DNA of 64,000 nucleotides from contig JBLWGC010000047.1 in the NCBI GenBank assembly GCA_048772705.1, positions 62,001 through 126,000 of the forward strand. Direction: 5' to 3'. Below, piece by piece: positions 1 through 10,309 of the stretch; position 1 is the stretch's first letter, and the number at the start of each line of letters is the position of its first letter. The translations under genes and the position numbers were made by a program. The stretch comes from Leidyana gryllorum EB-2025a (lineage: Eukaryota > Protista > Apicomplexa). The notes under the pieces are model-generated. The model searched no databases and had not been told where the DNA came from. It saw only the letters and a program-made list of their open reading frames with translations.

Positions 1-454
1 AATAGCGGCAAAACGAAGACGGTGACACTGCAGCCGAGAGGCTCTCGTAGAGTATCTGCGAGGGTGTGCGATGGCCCTGGGAATACGATACTGCTGGGTC
101 AATCCACCTGGGCAAAGAATGGGGTTTGAATGTGTGCCTGTCTTGATCCACGAGATGTACTCTTCCCATAAAAATGTTAGATCGTGGAGGAGGGTGTGTG
201 TGTCGCGCTCTCAGATTGGTGTCTTCTTGGTCGTCATAGCGTTCCTCGAGCGTGAGTTTCTCCCGCCTTATAGTGTGTAGGCGTACACGAGCGTCTTCAT
301 ACCATAGCTGCCAAACTTGCGAGAAGGAGAAGGTCGATTGGGGCTCGTAAAATATCAAGCAAATTGTGGTGGAGTCATGAGAGGCTGCAAGCACCGTTGG
401 GGCCCATATGGCTAGAAATAGGATCGGTACACAGAGATACCATCTACGGCCCAT
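1..454 (-). CDS. 5' part of a signal-peptide/anchor protein running off the window start (weak resemblance to core-2/I-branching GT14-like glycosyltransferase N-terminus)
   Basis: Manual translation from ATG 454 gives MGRRWYLCVPILFLAIWAPTVLAASHDSTTICLIFYEPQSTFSFSQVWQLWYED..., open to base 1. It has a hydrophobic N-terminus and is absent from the ORF track because no stop lies in the window. The family guess is weak. Confidence 0.55.
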   Translation of the reverse strand, partial: MGRRWYLCVPILFLAIWAPTVLAASHDSTTICLIFYEPQSTFSFSQVWQLWYEDARVRLHTIRREKLTLEERYDDQEDTNLRARHTHPPPRSNIFMGRVHLVDQDRHTFKPHSLPRWIDPAVSYSQGHRTPSQILYESLSAAVSPSSFCRY

Positions 455-531
455 ATCTTCCCTCTTTTTTCTGTTGCCGACATCGCTCAACGCGGTGTTT
501 GTCTAATGTGCCATTTAGAATTTTCAAGAGA

Positions 532-1794
532 ATGCGCTTCAAGGCTCCTGGGATCGCAGGTGTCCGTGTACTCATGACAGGTTGTGTCATCCGGTATCAT
601 GGCGCCAAAGTAATCAGTTACTTTGCTCGTCACGGTATCGCGTTCCGAGATGGACGATTAGTCGTGCCCTTCTTCTTTCTGCTGTCGGGATTCTTCTCTT
701 ACATGAGTTTGTCAAAGATGTGTGCCAACGGGAACACTTGCATCAAAAGTTCCATCGCCTTTGTAGCCCGCCGATGTCTCCCAGTGATAATCCTCGGATA
801 CTTCTTGCACTGTGTCTGGATGCTAACTTTCAGCGCAGAGACTCTCAAAACTCCACTGGGCGGGTGGCGTCGGGCCACAGAACCCCTCTTTTATCGGTGG
901 TATCTTCGATTTAACGATCCGGGCGCTTGGTATTCCCCGAATATTGCCATGTGGTACATCAGTGTTCAACTCCTCTTCTGGCTCATATCGCCAGCATTGG
1001 CTCTACCGCTGGTGGCTCTCCGCCGATTCCGGATACCAATCTTTGTCTCAGCTGCGGGACTCGATTTGGCTATGATCTGGTTGGCTCCGGACGATGCCAC
1101 ACTACCGATCCCCTACAAGGATTCGATTTACTGCGCTCCCATTCTCAGACTGCCCACATACTTTTGCGGAATGGCGTTTGGATGTCTCTTGCTGGAAGGT
1201 CCCGACCCGAAAGCGCCCTCTGATCACCGCACCAGTAAACTTCAAGGGCTCCTCTTCGATCTCGGTATAGTAGGGGGCATTGTATTCATGGCTCGAGTTC
1301 TACGACAACAACATCTCGACCACCGCTCTGTAATGGTCGCCGAAGCCTACGCTTTCAATTGGCTCTTTATGCTTTTAATCACGGGACTGGCCATACCCCA
1401 CGTCTCTTCCAACAGTCTTCTTGGCCGATCTCTGGCATCGAGATGGATGAGATCTCAAGCCACTGGAGCTCTCAGCTTCATGTTCTACTGCATACACATC
1501 CCGGTTGGTATCTGGCTCGGGGGCTGGCAGTCCACCAAGACTCTGTCTCACATGTGTATATGGACATACTGGCTCGGTGTGGTCCTACACGGCGCATTCT
1601 ATGTACCTATGCAAAACTTTGTTTTCAAGACTATTCAAGTATTACAGAGCAAAGAAATTGCTCAAATGTTGTTGCCATCAGCGAAAGTTGCGCCAACACA
1701 CAACAAAACCTTTCAGTTCCGTCCGTTTGAAGTTGATTTTAATGCTATCGAACTCAATAATAGTCCAGGCACACCGCAAAGACCGCGGTGTTGA
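532..1794 (+). CDS. Acyltransferase family 3 (OafA/AT3-like) multi-pass membrane protein, intronless
   Basis: From ATG 532: RFKAPGIAGVRVLMTGCVIRYH (GlR...vH motif), VPFFFLLSGF, WYISVQLLFWLISP and LSFMFYCIHIPV are AT3 hallmark motifs, with many hydrophobic segments. Confidence 0.85.
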   Translation: MRFKAPGIAGVRVLMTGCVIRYHGAKVISYFARHGIAFRDGRLVVPFFFLLSGFFSYMSLSKMCANGNTCIKSSIAFVARRCLPVIILGYFLHCVWMLTFSAETLKTPLGGWRRATEPLFYRWYLRFNDPGAWYSPNIAMWYISVQLLFWLISPALALPLVALRRFRIPIFVSAAGLDLAMIWLAPDDATLPIPYKDSIYCAPILRLPTYFCGMAFGCLLLEGPDPKAPSDHRTSKLQGLLFDLGIVGGIVFMARVLRQQHLDHRSVMVAEAYAFNWLFMLLITGLAIPHVSSNSLLGRSLASRWMRSQATGALSFMFYCIHIPVGIWLGGWQSTKTLSHMCIWTYWLGVVLHGAFYVPMQNFVFKTIQVLQSKEIAQMLLPSAKVAPTHNKTFQFRPFEVDFNAIELNNSPGTPQRPRC

Positions 1795-1889
1795 CTCACT
1801 CACTATGTAATAAACGTCTTCCCCCGCCCCCCCGCACTCGCCGGCGGCACACTGAAATGATTCATTCGTTTCTCGCACTTTCTCTTTCA

Positions 1890-1910
1890 CTCTCTCTCTC
1901 TCTCTCTCTC
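1890..1910. repeat. (CT)n microsatellite between convergent genes
   Basis: Run of about 10 CT units adjoining the COG4 stop codon. Confidence 0.9.
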
Positions 1911-4900
1911 AATTGGATGGAAACGCAAAAACGATACTCCCCTGTTTTAGGAGCGTGAGGAAGTTCGGCAACTCCTCCCTCTCCTCCAAGTCCTTCCGCA
2001 GAGCAATGAGCTGAGCGATTTGGGTGGCACTGACTTGCCATATCTTCGTGGTCGACGCCTCTGTATGAGCGGGATAACAAAACGTCTCTCCACAAAACCA
2101 ATCAATCGATCTCACACTTACCGAATAGATCACTGAGTTCCGACACACTCTGAGCCGCCATAATGTCACACAGATCGAACAATCGTGTGTGTCGCGCACG
2201 CAGATTCGAGTCACTTCGCTCCACAAACCATCCCACACAACCGCGCGCAGCTCTGTCAAACTCCAGAGCTCCGAAACAACTTATCCCGCTGCCAACTGGG
2301 CTCGACAATTCTGACTGGTCCGGAGGGGAGAGGAGCCCTCCAAAGTGGCGAACGGGCATCAACCCTTCGCTACGAGACTCCATCTCGGCAGCGACCACCG
2401 CGGCACTCGCTATTGGACTGCTCGATATCTCACCCGCTTCAGAGACCTTCACTCGGGCGCACATAACATCGGTGACGTGCATAAAGGCCTCTGCCACGAG
2501 ATCGCTCAGATCAATCAGCAGATATTGGTACACTTCTTCCGAGAACGTCTGAGTCCATTCCTCGTTCAGAATGTCCAATCGCTCAATCAATCTCTCGTTT
2601 ATGGGCAGCGGGGCACTGTTCATTGGGAGGTCCCAGCTGACCTGAGCCACAGCGTCCAGTATCGGACTCAACGCCTCTTGATAGATCACTTTAGCTGCCA
2701 ACTTGACACCTTCCTCTTGCGCCTTCCGGAAGTCCTTCAGCTGGTCATTCAATAACTGCACTGAGGATTTCAGCACTCTTTCCGTCCCCTCTTCCTCATA
2801 TGAGGGCAATTCTTTGCACCGCTCGCCAACATGTTCGGCCAAATGCGGCAAACTCGACACACAGGTAGAGTAGTTGCGCAAAGCGTGGGGCAGAACGTGA
2901 CAGGAGCCTAACGCGCGAATGTCTCTTTCTCTCTCTCTGCCCTCAACGACGGGACTCACCGAGTTTCCCTCCCCCCCGCACCGCTGGGGGCAGGAAGGGG
3001 GCCAGGTTCCTCAACGTAAAGATAGTCACACGTTCCTCTCGTTCTTCGTCATGGCCCGGCAGATGAGCTTTCAGCACCATCCCGTAGAGACTGGCTGCTT
3101 GCGAGGCTCGCTGCGCCAAGGCGGGCAGCAGCATCTCTGTCAGGAGATGAGCTGCAAAGTTCAAGACAGCACACACGCCGAGGGCCTCGGAGGAACTCAA
3201 AACTGGAGATGAATCTTTGGTGGCCGGCCACTGTCACTCACTTCGGTTGAACGATCCGTCGAGGATAAAGAGAATGTCGTCCGGTAAGGTGGACCCGGTC
3301 GACGCCGCTGAGAGCAGATCTCTGCCCAAATGCAGCCACCGTCTGAGCGAATGCTGATGAGAGAGCTCACTTTTCATCGCAACTTACTCATAGTCCCCAG
3401 TGGTCTTGGCTCCCCTGGCGGGGGGGACCAGAGCGCCAAAGGTGATCTCATTCCAATTCACATTGCTCGGAGCCTCGAGTGGGACCTCATCCGCCTCGAG
3501 AGCTCTCCGTATGGCTCTGCAGAGGGAAAGTGGTGTGTGACATGAAGTCTTTCTCCTACTCGCGAAGGTATTCAATTTCGAGCGCGACAAAATCGTTCAC
3601 GAGCTCAGCTCGAGCTTCATCCCACGTCAGCAGCCCAACGAAGACTCCCGATGTCGAGTCGATAGTCCGAGCGTTGGGTTCGACCATCCATTGATCCTCG
3701 ACTGTCCGTAGAGACTGCTCCCATTGGCTGTCGGTGGCGGCACAGCGTCGAACAATGTCAGTGCCGACCCGACGCACATATCGCTCGATCATAATACTCA
3801 ACTTGCAAACACCAACCGCCTCTCCCAGAGTTTGAGTGATTTCGATCAGTGTTGCTTCCGAAGCCAAACTCTCGGCGGCGTTCCGTGCCAGGCTGCCAGA
3901 GGAAGTGGTGGAGAGAGTGACAGAGTCGCGGTGTTTGTCTCACTGAGAAATACGGAACCCTTGACAGATCTGGACGAGGGTTGGGATGTGCCAGCGGATG
4001 AGACATCTTAGGAAGGCCAATTTGTGAACATTATTGCCGAACTTGTCATTAAAGAGCAGCTGGAGAGAATGGGTGGGTGTGGGGAGACGCCGTCTTCCAA
4101 TCAATACTCACGGAACTGAATTGTTGCACAGAGTCCGCTATGGATTCGCCGATCTGACGTTGTGCCTGCGTCCATCTGGCGGGCCCTGAAAGATAATAGG
4201 GGGTCAGTCAGCAGGGGGGGCTTTGGAGAATCTCACTCACCCAGCCGTCTCTCCGTTGTTAGCTGCCGACACTTCTGGCACCGCGGGTGGACGATATCGT
4301 GAGCGGCTTCCCGGACGCACTGCCAGAAGGCTGAACTCAATCCCATGGCCTCTGAAACCTCCAATATATATTCGAGATTCACTGTAGCACTGGGCGGGGT
4401 AGGGGGGTTTGGGGTTGGGCTCTCTTTGAGACACTCAATGATCGCCTCCCGCAGCAAACACTCCATAAGATGGCGAGCTTGGCGATGACGCTCCAAAGCC
4501 ATCTCAGTCCCGACGATATTGTTGGCACCCGAAGAAGCGGTCATCTCGACATCTTCAAGGAAAGGCGTCCAGGCTTCCTCTCGTGTGACCTCGGCAGAGG
4601 CGTCGGGTACGTTGTCTCGCAACTCTAACATCCTCTTCATCAGTCTGTAGGTCTCCAAGCCCTCTTTGAAGAGAGTCTCGACCTCCGGGCTGGTGAGGAG
4701 ATCCTTAACTTGCTTTCCTCTGGCAGAGAGGTGATTGTTCAACGCCTCCAGGATAGTCCGGCTGCTCATCAGTGACTGGCCACCTGCCGACCCCCAGTAG
4801 GTGAGCACGTTGCTACTGGTCGTTAGGTACGCCAGCAGGTGTTCTCTGAAACCAGTTTGCACCGATTGAAGCTCCTTGAGAGCAGCTTTCCGTTTCTCTG

Positions 4901-5328
4901 CCTCCAGGAGGGCCTGAAAGGCGTTGGTCGTGAGCCGCGGCGGTTCAACGTTTTCGTACCTCTTGCGCTTCGAGCTGATGCTTCGCCTGAACATAAGCCG
5001 ACTGGAACCGCGCGTAGATTGAGCTGTTGGCAGTCTCAAAGTCGTCAACGAACTGAGACAGCTGGGGCACTACAGTGTAAGTGAATGTGCGACTCAGGGT
5101 GCGCGCTTGACTCTCGACCTCCTCGAGTTGCCGAGGTATGATTTGTTCATATTTGACGAGTTGAGCATCGAGTGCCTCGAGCTCTTCGAGAGCTCTGAGG
5201 ATGTCGCCTGCGGCACGAGTATGTATAATTGACGTCCGCGGCGGCCGCTTACGGGGATTCTCTGGGAACTCTCTGTTCAGAGATTCGAGTTTGGCATCGA
5301 CTGTTGCAACAAGCAAATCCAAGTCCAT
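1909..5328 (-). CDS. COG4: Conserved oligomeric Golgi complex subunit 4, multi-exon
   Basis: C-terminal FGALEFDRAARGCVGWFVERSDSNLRARHTRLFDLCDIMAAQSVSELSDL...WQVSATQIAQLIALRKDL matches the COG4 C-terminal pattern (GGLQFDkdlR...RdkFaRL...W.Lt..evr.vl.lR.DF). Upstream helical ORF pieces are joined by GT-AG introns; inner exon borders are not all resolved. Confidence 0.8.
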
Positions 5329-5357
5329 CAATAAGGTGCAAAAAGTCTACATTTCCA

Positions 5358-6044
5358 CTAGGCACGCGGAGGAACACTCCGAAATCGGAACACTTTCGCT
5401 CTGAAATAGTCATAGTAGCGTCGTCTTTTCCCAAAGTACTCCTCCGTCGCCCTCTCAACCGACAGCAACAGGCCAAGATTCGCTCCCAACCCAATCACCT
5501 GACAGCATAGACCTGCCAAAAAGTAACTCCTCTCTCTGTCACGATCTTCCCCAGGAACCAATATCAGAAGACCCAGAAGCATAAAATACGATAGCACACT
5601 GATTATCAGTACACCTCCCGAGTGAAATTCAACGCCAAACCGGCTGTCCCAGAGTACGAATCCTTTCCCCAACGCCAATACCAATAATCCGGGTATCGCT
5701 CCAGCCGCATATATTGCCATCCGCGGTTCGTGCACCAAAATACCCAGAAATGTTCCCGCCACACACAGATTTGTCCACCTTAAATCTAATGAGGGTTCTG
5801 TCCCCAGTGCCAGCCGCACCGGAAAGCTGATACAGAGAAGAGTGAGGGCCAAAACTCGCTGTTCGTCGCACGTCAGATCTTCTCCGGCTCGTCGACATAT
5901 CAAACAAGTACTTGTCGTCAAAATTGCTCCCAGTGCCATTGTCAATCGTCCCCATATCTGTTGAAACCGAAAATTGTCCACTCCACTGACAATTCCCGAA
6001 GGGAACAGTCGGTTCAATGGAATGTTGTAATCAACATATGCCAT
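5358..6044 (-). CDS. Hypothetical multi-pass membrane protein
   Basis: Part of ORF 5358..6122 with about 5-6 hydrophobic stretches. Likely start is MAYVDY at 6044; the 6122 start would overlap FHIT. Confidence 0.6.
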   Translation of the reverse strand: MAYVDYNIPLNRLFPSGIVSGVDNFRFQQIWGRLTMALGAILTTSTCLICRRAGEDLTCDEQRVLALTLLCISFPVRLALGTEPSLDLRWTNLCVAGTFLGILVHEPRMAIYAAGAIPGLLVLALGKGFVLWDSRFGVEFHSGGVLIISVLSYFMLLGLLILVPGEDRDRERSYFLAGLCCQVIGLGANLGLLLSVERATEEYFGKRRRYYDYFRAKVFRFRSVPPRA

Positions 6045-6075
6045 CACACATTTTTGACATGCTACTTTTATGGTC

Positions 6076-6687
6076 TCACACCCATACACTCTCAACTTTA
6101 GGTCTCTCCCCAGAGCCGCCATTGGCTCTCCACTCGATGTAATCGCGATAACCCTTCACTTCTGCCATCTGCACCTCGGTGGGCCTCGCCCAACTCTTCA
6201 GGGATGGTAAAGGAGAGTCATAGGCTGGATTGATGTGGCACTTGGAATAAAACTCAGCAACGGGTGGTTGAATTGTCTTGGGCACTTTCGGAATTATGTG
6301 ACTGTGAATATGTGGAACTGTTTGGCCCGCACAGCATCCATCTTGTATCGTCACGGTCACGCCATTGTCAGCACCATAGAAGTCTGTTACTACGCGCAAC
6401 ATCTTCTGAGTTAAGCTTATCAAATCTTTGCGCTCCTCAGCAGTCAAATCATTGAAATAGTGGGCCACACGCTTGGGTATCACCAACATGTGCCCAGGAC
6501 GATAGCATTTCAAGTTGGTCAACACTAGTGACAAATTTGATTCGAGCACACACGTGTTTGGGTCGATGTCGAATCGCCCAAACTTCCAGGGCTTGTCGGC
6601 GGGTAGAGTGCAATGCACCTTGATTTCATTGTATATCTTTATTGATGTGTCAACATCATCCGTCACGGGTTTTGCTCCAGACGTCAT
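6076..6687 (-). CDS. FHIT: HIT-family bis(5'-adenosyl)-triphosphatase (FHIT-like)
   Basis: WKFGRFDI...TNLKCYRPGHMLVIPKR...TIQDGCCAGQTVPHIHSHIIP contains the histidine triad and the FHIT-type QDG..AGQTV.H.H.H motif. Confidence 0.9.
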   Translation of the reverse strand: MTSGAKPVTDDVDTSIKIYNEIKVHCTLPADKPWKFGRFDIDPNTCVLESNLSLVLTNLKCYRPGHMLVIPKRVAHYFNDLTAEERKDLISLTQKMLRVVTDFYGADNGVTVTIQDGCCAGQTVPHIHSHIIPKVPKTIQPPVAEFYSKCHINPAYDSPLPSLKSWARPTEVQMAEVKGYRDYIEWRANGGSGERPKVESVWV

Positions 6688-7341
6688 GCTGTGGGGAATA
6701 TTTTGGCTGTTGGCAGTGTCACGATTCGGCCAAAACGGTGCAATGTCCTCCTTTAGATCCCAAAAATGTTTCCAAGCTGCTTTGCACACTTTGCGACGAA
6801 GTTCAACCCATTGCTGAGCGATGTCGCAAGTGCTCCGCCACCTTCGGACAGAAGTACAGATGCTTATTATGTCTGATCTTCGACGATGACACGACCAAAA
6901 TGAGCCACTGCGAGAAATGTAATCTGTGTCGGAGAACATCATCAATGCCGTCACATCATTGTGACCGATGCGGAGCGTGTCATACATCCGACCGGAAGGC
7001 CGCTTGCTTGGGTGGGCTGGTGACGAGTTTGGTTTTACAATCACTTTATCGGCTTTCAGATGGATCGCTGTCTAATGACTGTCCAATATGTCTGGACGAC
7101 CTCAAAACTTCGCCAGACATCACGCGACTGTTGCCTTGTGGTCACGGTTTGCACGAGGTGAGAGTGAGGTCTCGGAGGCAAATTTTAACTTCTCTCTATC
7201 TCCGTGCAGGATTGTCTCAATGAGCTGCTGAATGGGCAGAAGAAGATGGGCCGATTGCCGACGTGTCCCGTTTGTCTTCTCAATCTCGCGGCGGAAATGA
7301 CTCCTCCGCCCTTGACGCCTTACACTCTGAATGGCGAGTGA
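6645..7341 (+). CDS. CHY zinc finger + RING-H2 E3 ubiquitin ligase (RCHY1/Pirh2-like), spliced
   Basis: MCQHH...CCGEYFGCWQCHD...CTLC...CRKC...CLLC forms the CHY domain. The RING CPICLDDL...PCGHGLHE|DCLNELL...TCPVC is completed by splicing an intron at ~7158-7210; stop TGA ends at 7341. Confidence 0.88.
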
Positions 7342-7359
7342 AAGAAGACGCGGACTCTT

Positions 7360-10309
7360 CTAAGGCACGTCCCATGGCAAAGAATAATTGCCCATCAAAT
7401 CGATTCGATGGAGCAGAGCGTCTTCGCTGCCCCACAACAAGTTGCGAAGCTGTCTCTCGTCGGCGTTCGGCTGACCAAAGATACTGCGTTTGGTTTTCCG
7501 CTCAAAGGGTTTCAGATAACCGGTGATAGCTGCTTGGAACCGCAGAGCCAGCCAAGCGTGTTGCAGCGTTCGAGTGACGGCAATCCTCAGTATCTGCACC
7601 ATCCTGCGCGCTGCTGCGAGACGAGGGGCGATATTCTTGGAGAACCGAATAGACTGCAGCAATGCGACGGCGGATTAGAATGGAGGGATAATGTTTGGAG
7701 CGACTCACCTGGGCTGTGAATTCCCTCCACTGATCCAACGCATATCTCTTTGAAAACTCTGAGCCCATTGGAAACCATCCGATCTCTTCCCCTAATTTGA
7801 CGAGGACTTGAGTCAATCGTTCGACGCCCCTCCCTTTCTGTAAGGCTCGGGCAGCGAGACGTTGAGCCTCTGTGATTTGGAGAGAAGTTCGCAGTTTCTC
7901 CATTGCTTCACTGTGATCCCTTTTGAGTTTCACCATTTCTTCAATCTGTTTCGCCCATTCGGCTTCCTTTGCTTTGTAAAAGTCGAGCTGAGATTCGATG
8001 GCTTTCCCCTGTGAGGCTATTTCTTCCTTCAGTTGATCCAATTTCGCCTCTGCCTGCGAGGGATCAAACAATTTGGGCTTCTCGTTGGGACCCGCCAGGA
8101 GTCCCATCCGTTCGAGCCCCTGGCGCATATCATCCATCTCGTCGAAGAGTCTGTCCCCTAAAAGACCCATCTGCCTCCGTACACTCTCAATCTGATCCAA
8201 CAAAGTTTGCTCTGTGGTCCTATAGTCTCTTCCAAGGTGTTCCAACAGCCTTCTGTCGCGCGCGCTCGTAGGCTCCACCACGCTGGCCCGTTGAGAGGTT
8301 TGAATGACCTCTTGAAGATCTCTGACAAAGTGATCCGGGAGTTTAAGCTCAGCCGGGCTGTGGGTATCTTCGGCGGCCGCGTCACGTCTGTGAGCTATCA
8401 GTTCTTGCAGAGCGTTCACCTGTGAACTGAGCTTCGACACATTGACGATCAGATCAGCGGTCATTCCCCGTGAGTTGGCCACGTCCTGTCTCACTGTGTT
8501 GGGGGGATCGCCCGGATGATAAGTTACCTCCTCACGGGTGTGCCCAGATGAATCCCAGTTCACCCGACGAGGCGACGCCGCGGGCTGACGGGCAGCGGCA
8601 GCAGTGATGGCAGGCGCACTTGCGGGTGGTGAATTCTCCGTCGCGGGTTTTATCGGAGTCAACAAGAGCCCCTGTGTTGGAGGAACCCCGGGACCGCGAT
8701 GAGAAATCTGGCGATACTCGTGAACTGGAGTTGGAGAAGGCCGAGGAGCGGCAGTCGACGATCTCGATGTTCTCCGTTGGAGCGGCAGTAATGGTATTTT
8801 GGCCCCACTGCTGGAACTCGGAGCTGCAGCGGCTGGTGGAGCCGCCGCCACCGGAGCACTCGATCCAACAGGGACCGCGGGTGGGGGCGGCGAGGCAGCA
8901 GACAGAGATGGGGAGGCAGCTTGGACGGGAGGAGGAGGGAATGGTGTTTGTGGAGGAGAAGCCGGAGTGAGACGCGGCTGTGGTGGCAGGGGCAGCGGAG
9001 GAGAGCTGTCAGAAGAGGACTTGGGAAGAGATCTCTTGTTGAAATCCTGTCTCGGGGGTGGTGGTGGTCGCACTGGAGTGGGTCGGGCAGCTGCTGCCGA
9101 TGGAGGTGGGCGCGGGGGCTTTTGCGGTGGCATCTCATCGTCGGAAGAGGCGACCGCCGGTTTAGCGAAGCGTTGTTTCGACGCTGTCTTGGCGCTGGTT
9201 TTTCCGATGTCAACAGGAGTGCCAGCGACGGCGGAGAAGGGACGCGGGTTCTTGGTGGGACCAGCCAGAAAGGACATTGCAGGCGGCGATCGAACTTGTG
9301 TTTTGGCTGTGGGATCGAAAAGCTTAACCGATGCCTTCCGTTTGACCATCTTTGGCTGATAAGCAGTGGCCGGCTCAGATCCGGGGGGCCACTTCCCTTG
9401 CACGTGTCGTTTGGGTGCTTCAAACTCGGGATCGGAGCTGAGACTCGAGCCGCTGGAGAGAGGTGCCTTCACGGCAGGCGGCTTTGGTCGCACGGCAGGC
9501 CGCTTTGGTCGCGGGGCCTCTCTTGGGGTGGGTCCGATTGACGCAAGCTTCTGCATTGACTGGACTGGCGGTGCCCACTGCTCGCTCGCACTGCTGATGG
9601 AGGGCGAGTAGGTGGGGGTCATTTTGGACGCGATCGGCCCCGTCCTGGCGGCCTTCGCGGGTAACTCGAGGGAAAGGGAAGGCTGTGGGGGGTCGCCCTT
9701 TCGATCTTTACTCGCCTTCTGCACAGCCGGGCGGCGAGGGGGCGGCGACGAGTCAGATATGGAGAAACTGCTCGACAGCGACTTGGCTAATTTCTTGAGT
9801 GCCGGTTTCAAGTCGACTGAGCCTGATGAGCTTGAAGCCGCGAACAGCGCTTGTTGCTTCTTGGCGGGCGGAGGCGGCGGGGGAGGCGTGATCGACTCGC
9901 TCGAAGTTGATGTGGAGAAGCGAGTGGGGAGCTTAGGTTTGGCGGCCTTCGATACACCTGGCGATCTCGAATCGTCGTCAGACGATGAAGGCGGAGTCAG
10001 AGCTTCACTAAGAAGCTTCGGTTCAATGGGTCGAGTAGTGATCTTCTTGGCTGGAGAGGGTGATCCTTTCTTCATTGACGGCGGGCCACCTTTTTTGGTG
10101 GCTGGGGGCTCAGAGCCCCGTTTAGACATATCATTGTCATTCTTCAAGTCGAGTCCAGATGATGACGAAGATGACGCCGAGTCAGAAATCACTTTTCCAA
10201 CAGACGCGGATCGATTGCCCTTCTTTGGCGGGGGTTCGCTCGCTTTTTTCATCCGAGCGAAGCGGCCAAACACACTTTGCACCTCAGAGCCAGGCTGACC
10301 AGCCGACAT
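7360..10309 (-). CDS. Hypothetical Pro/Ser-rich protein with C-terminal coiled coil
   Basis: 935-aa ORF plus a last exon joined by a phase-0 GT-AG intron (FTAQ|SIRFSKN), stop at 7360. Start is ATG 10309 or 10252. Confidence 0.7.

Noticed and set aside
364-531. N-terminal extension of the acyltransferase ORF from a TTG start
   Set aside because: Non-AUG start in a eukaryote; AT3 homology begins at ATG 532, and the region is partly occupied by the divergent gene.
8620-10298. Long plus-strand ORFs opposite the Pro/Ser-rich gene, and similar antisense ORFs opposite ATM, RPB1 and the nucleoporin
   Set aside because: Shadow ORFs expected from GC-rich, low-complexity coding sequence; they show no domain motifs.
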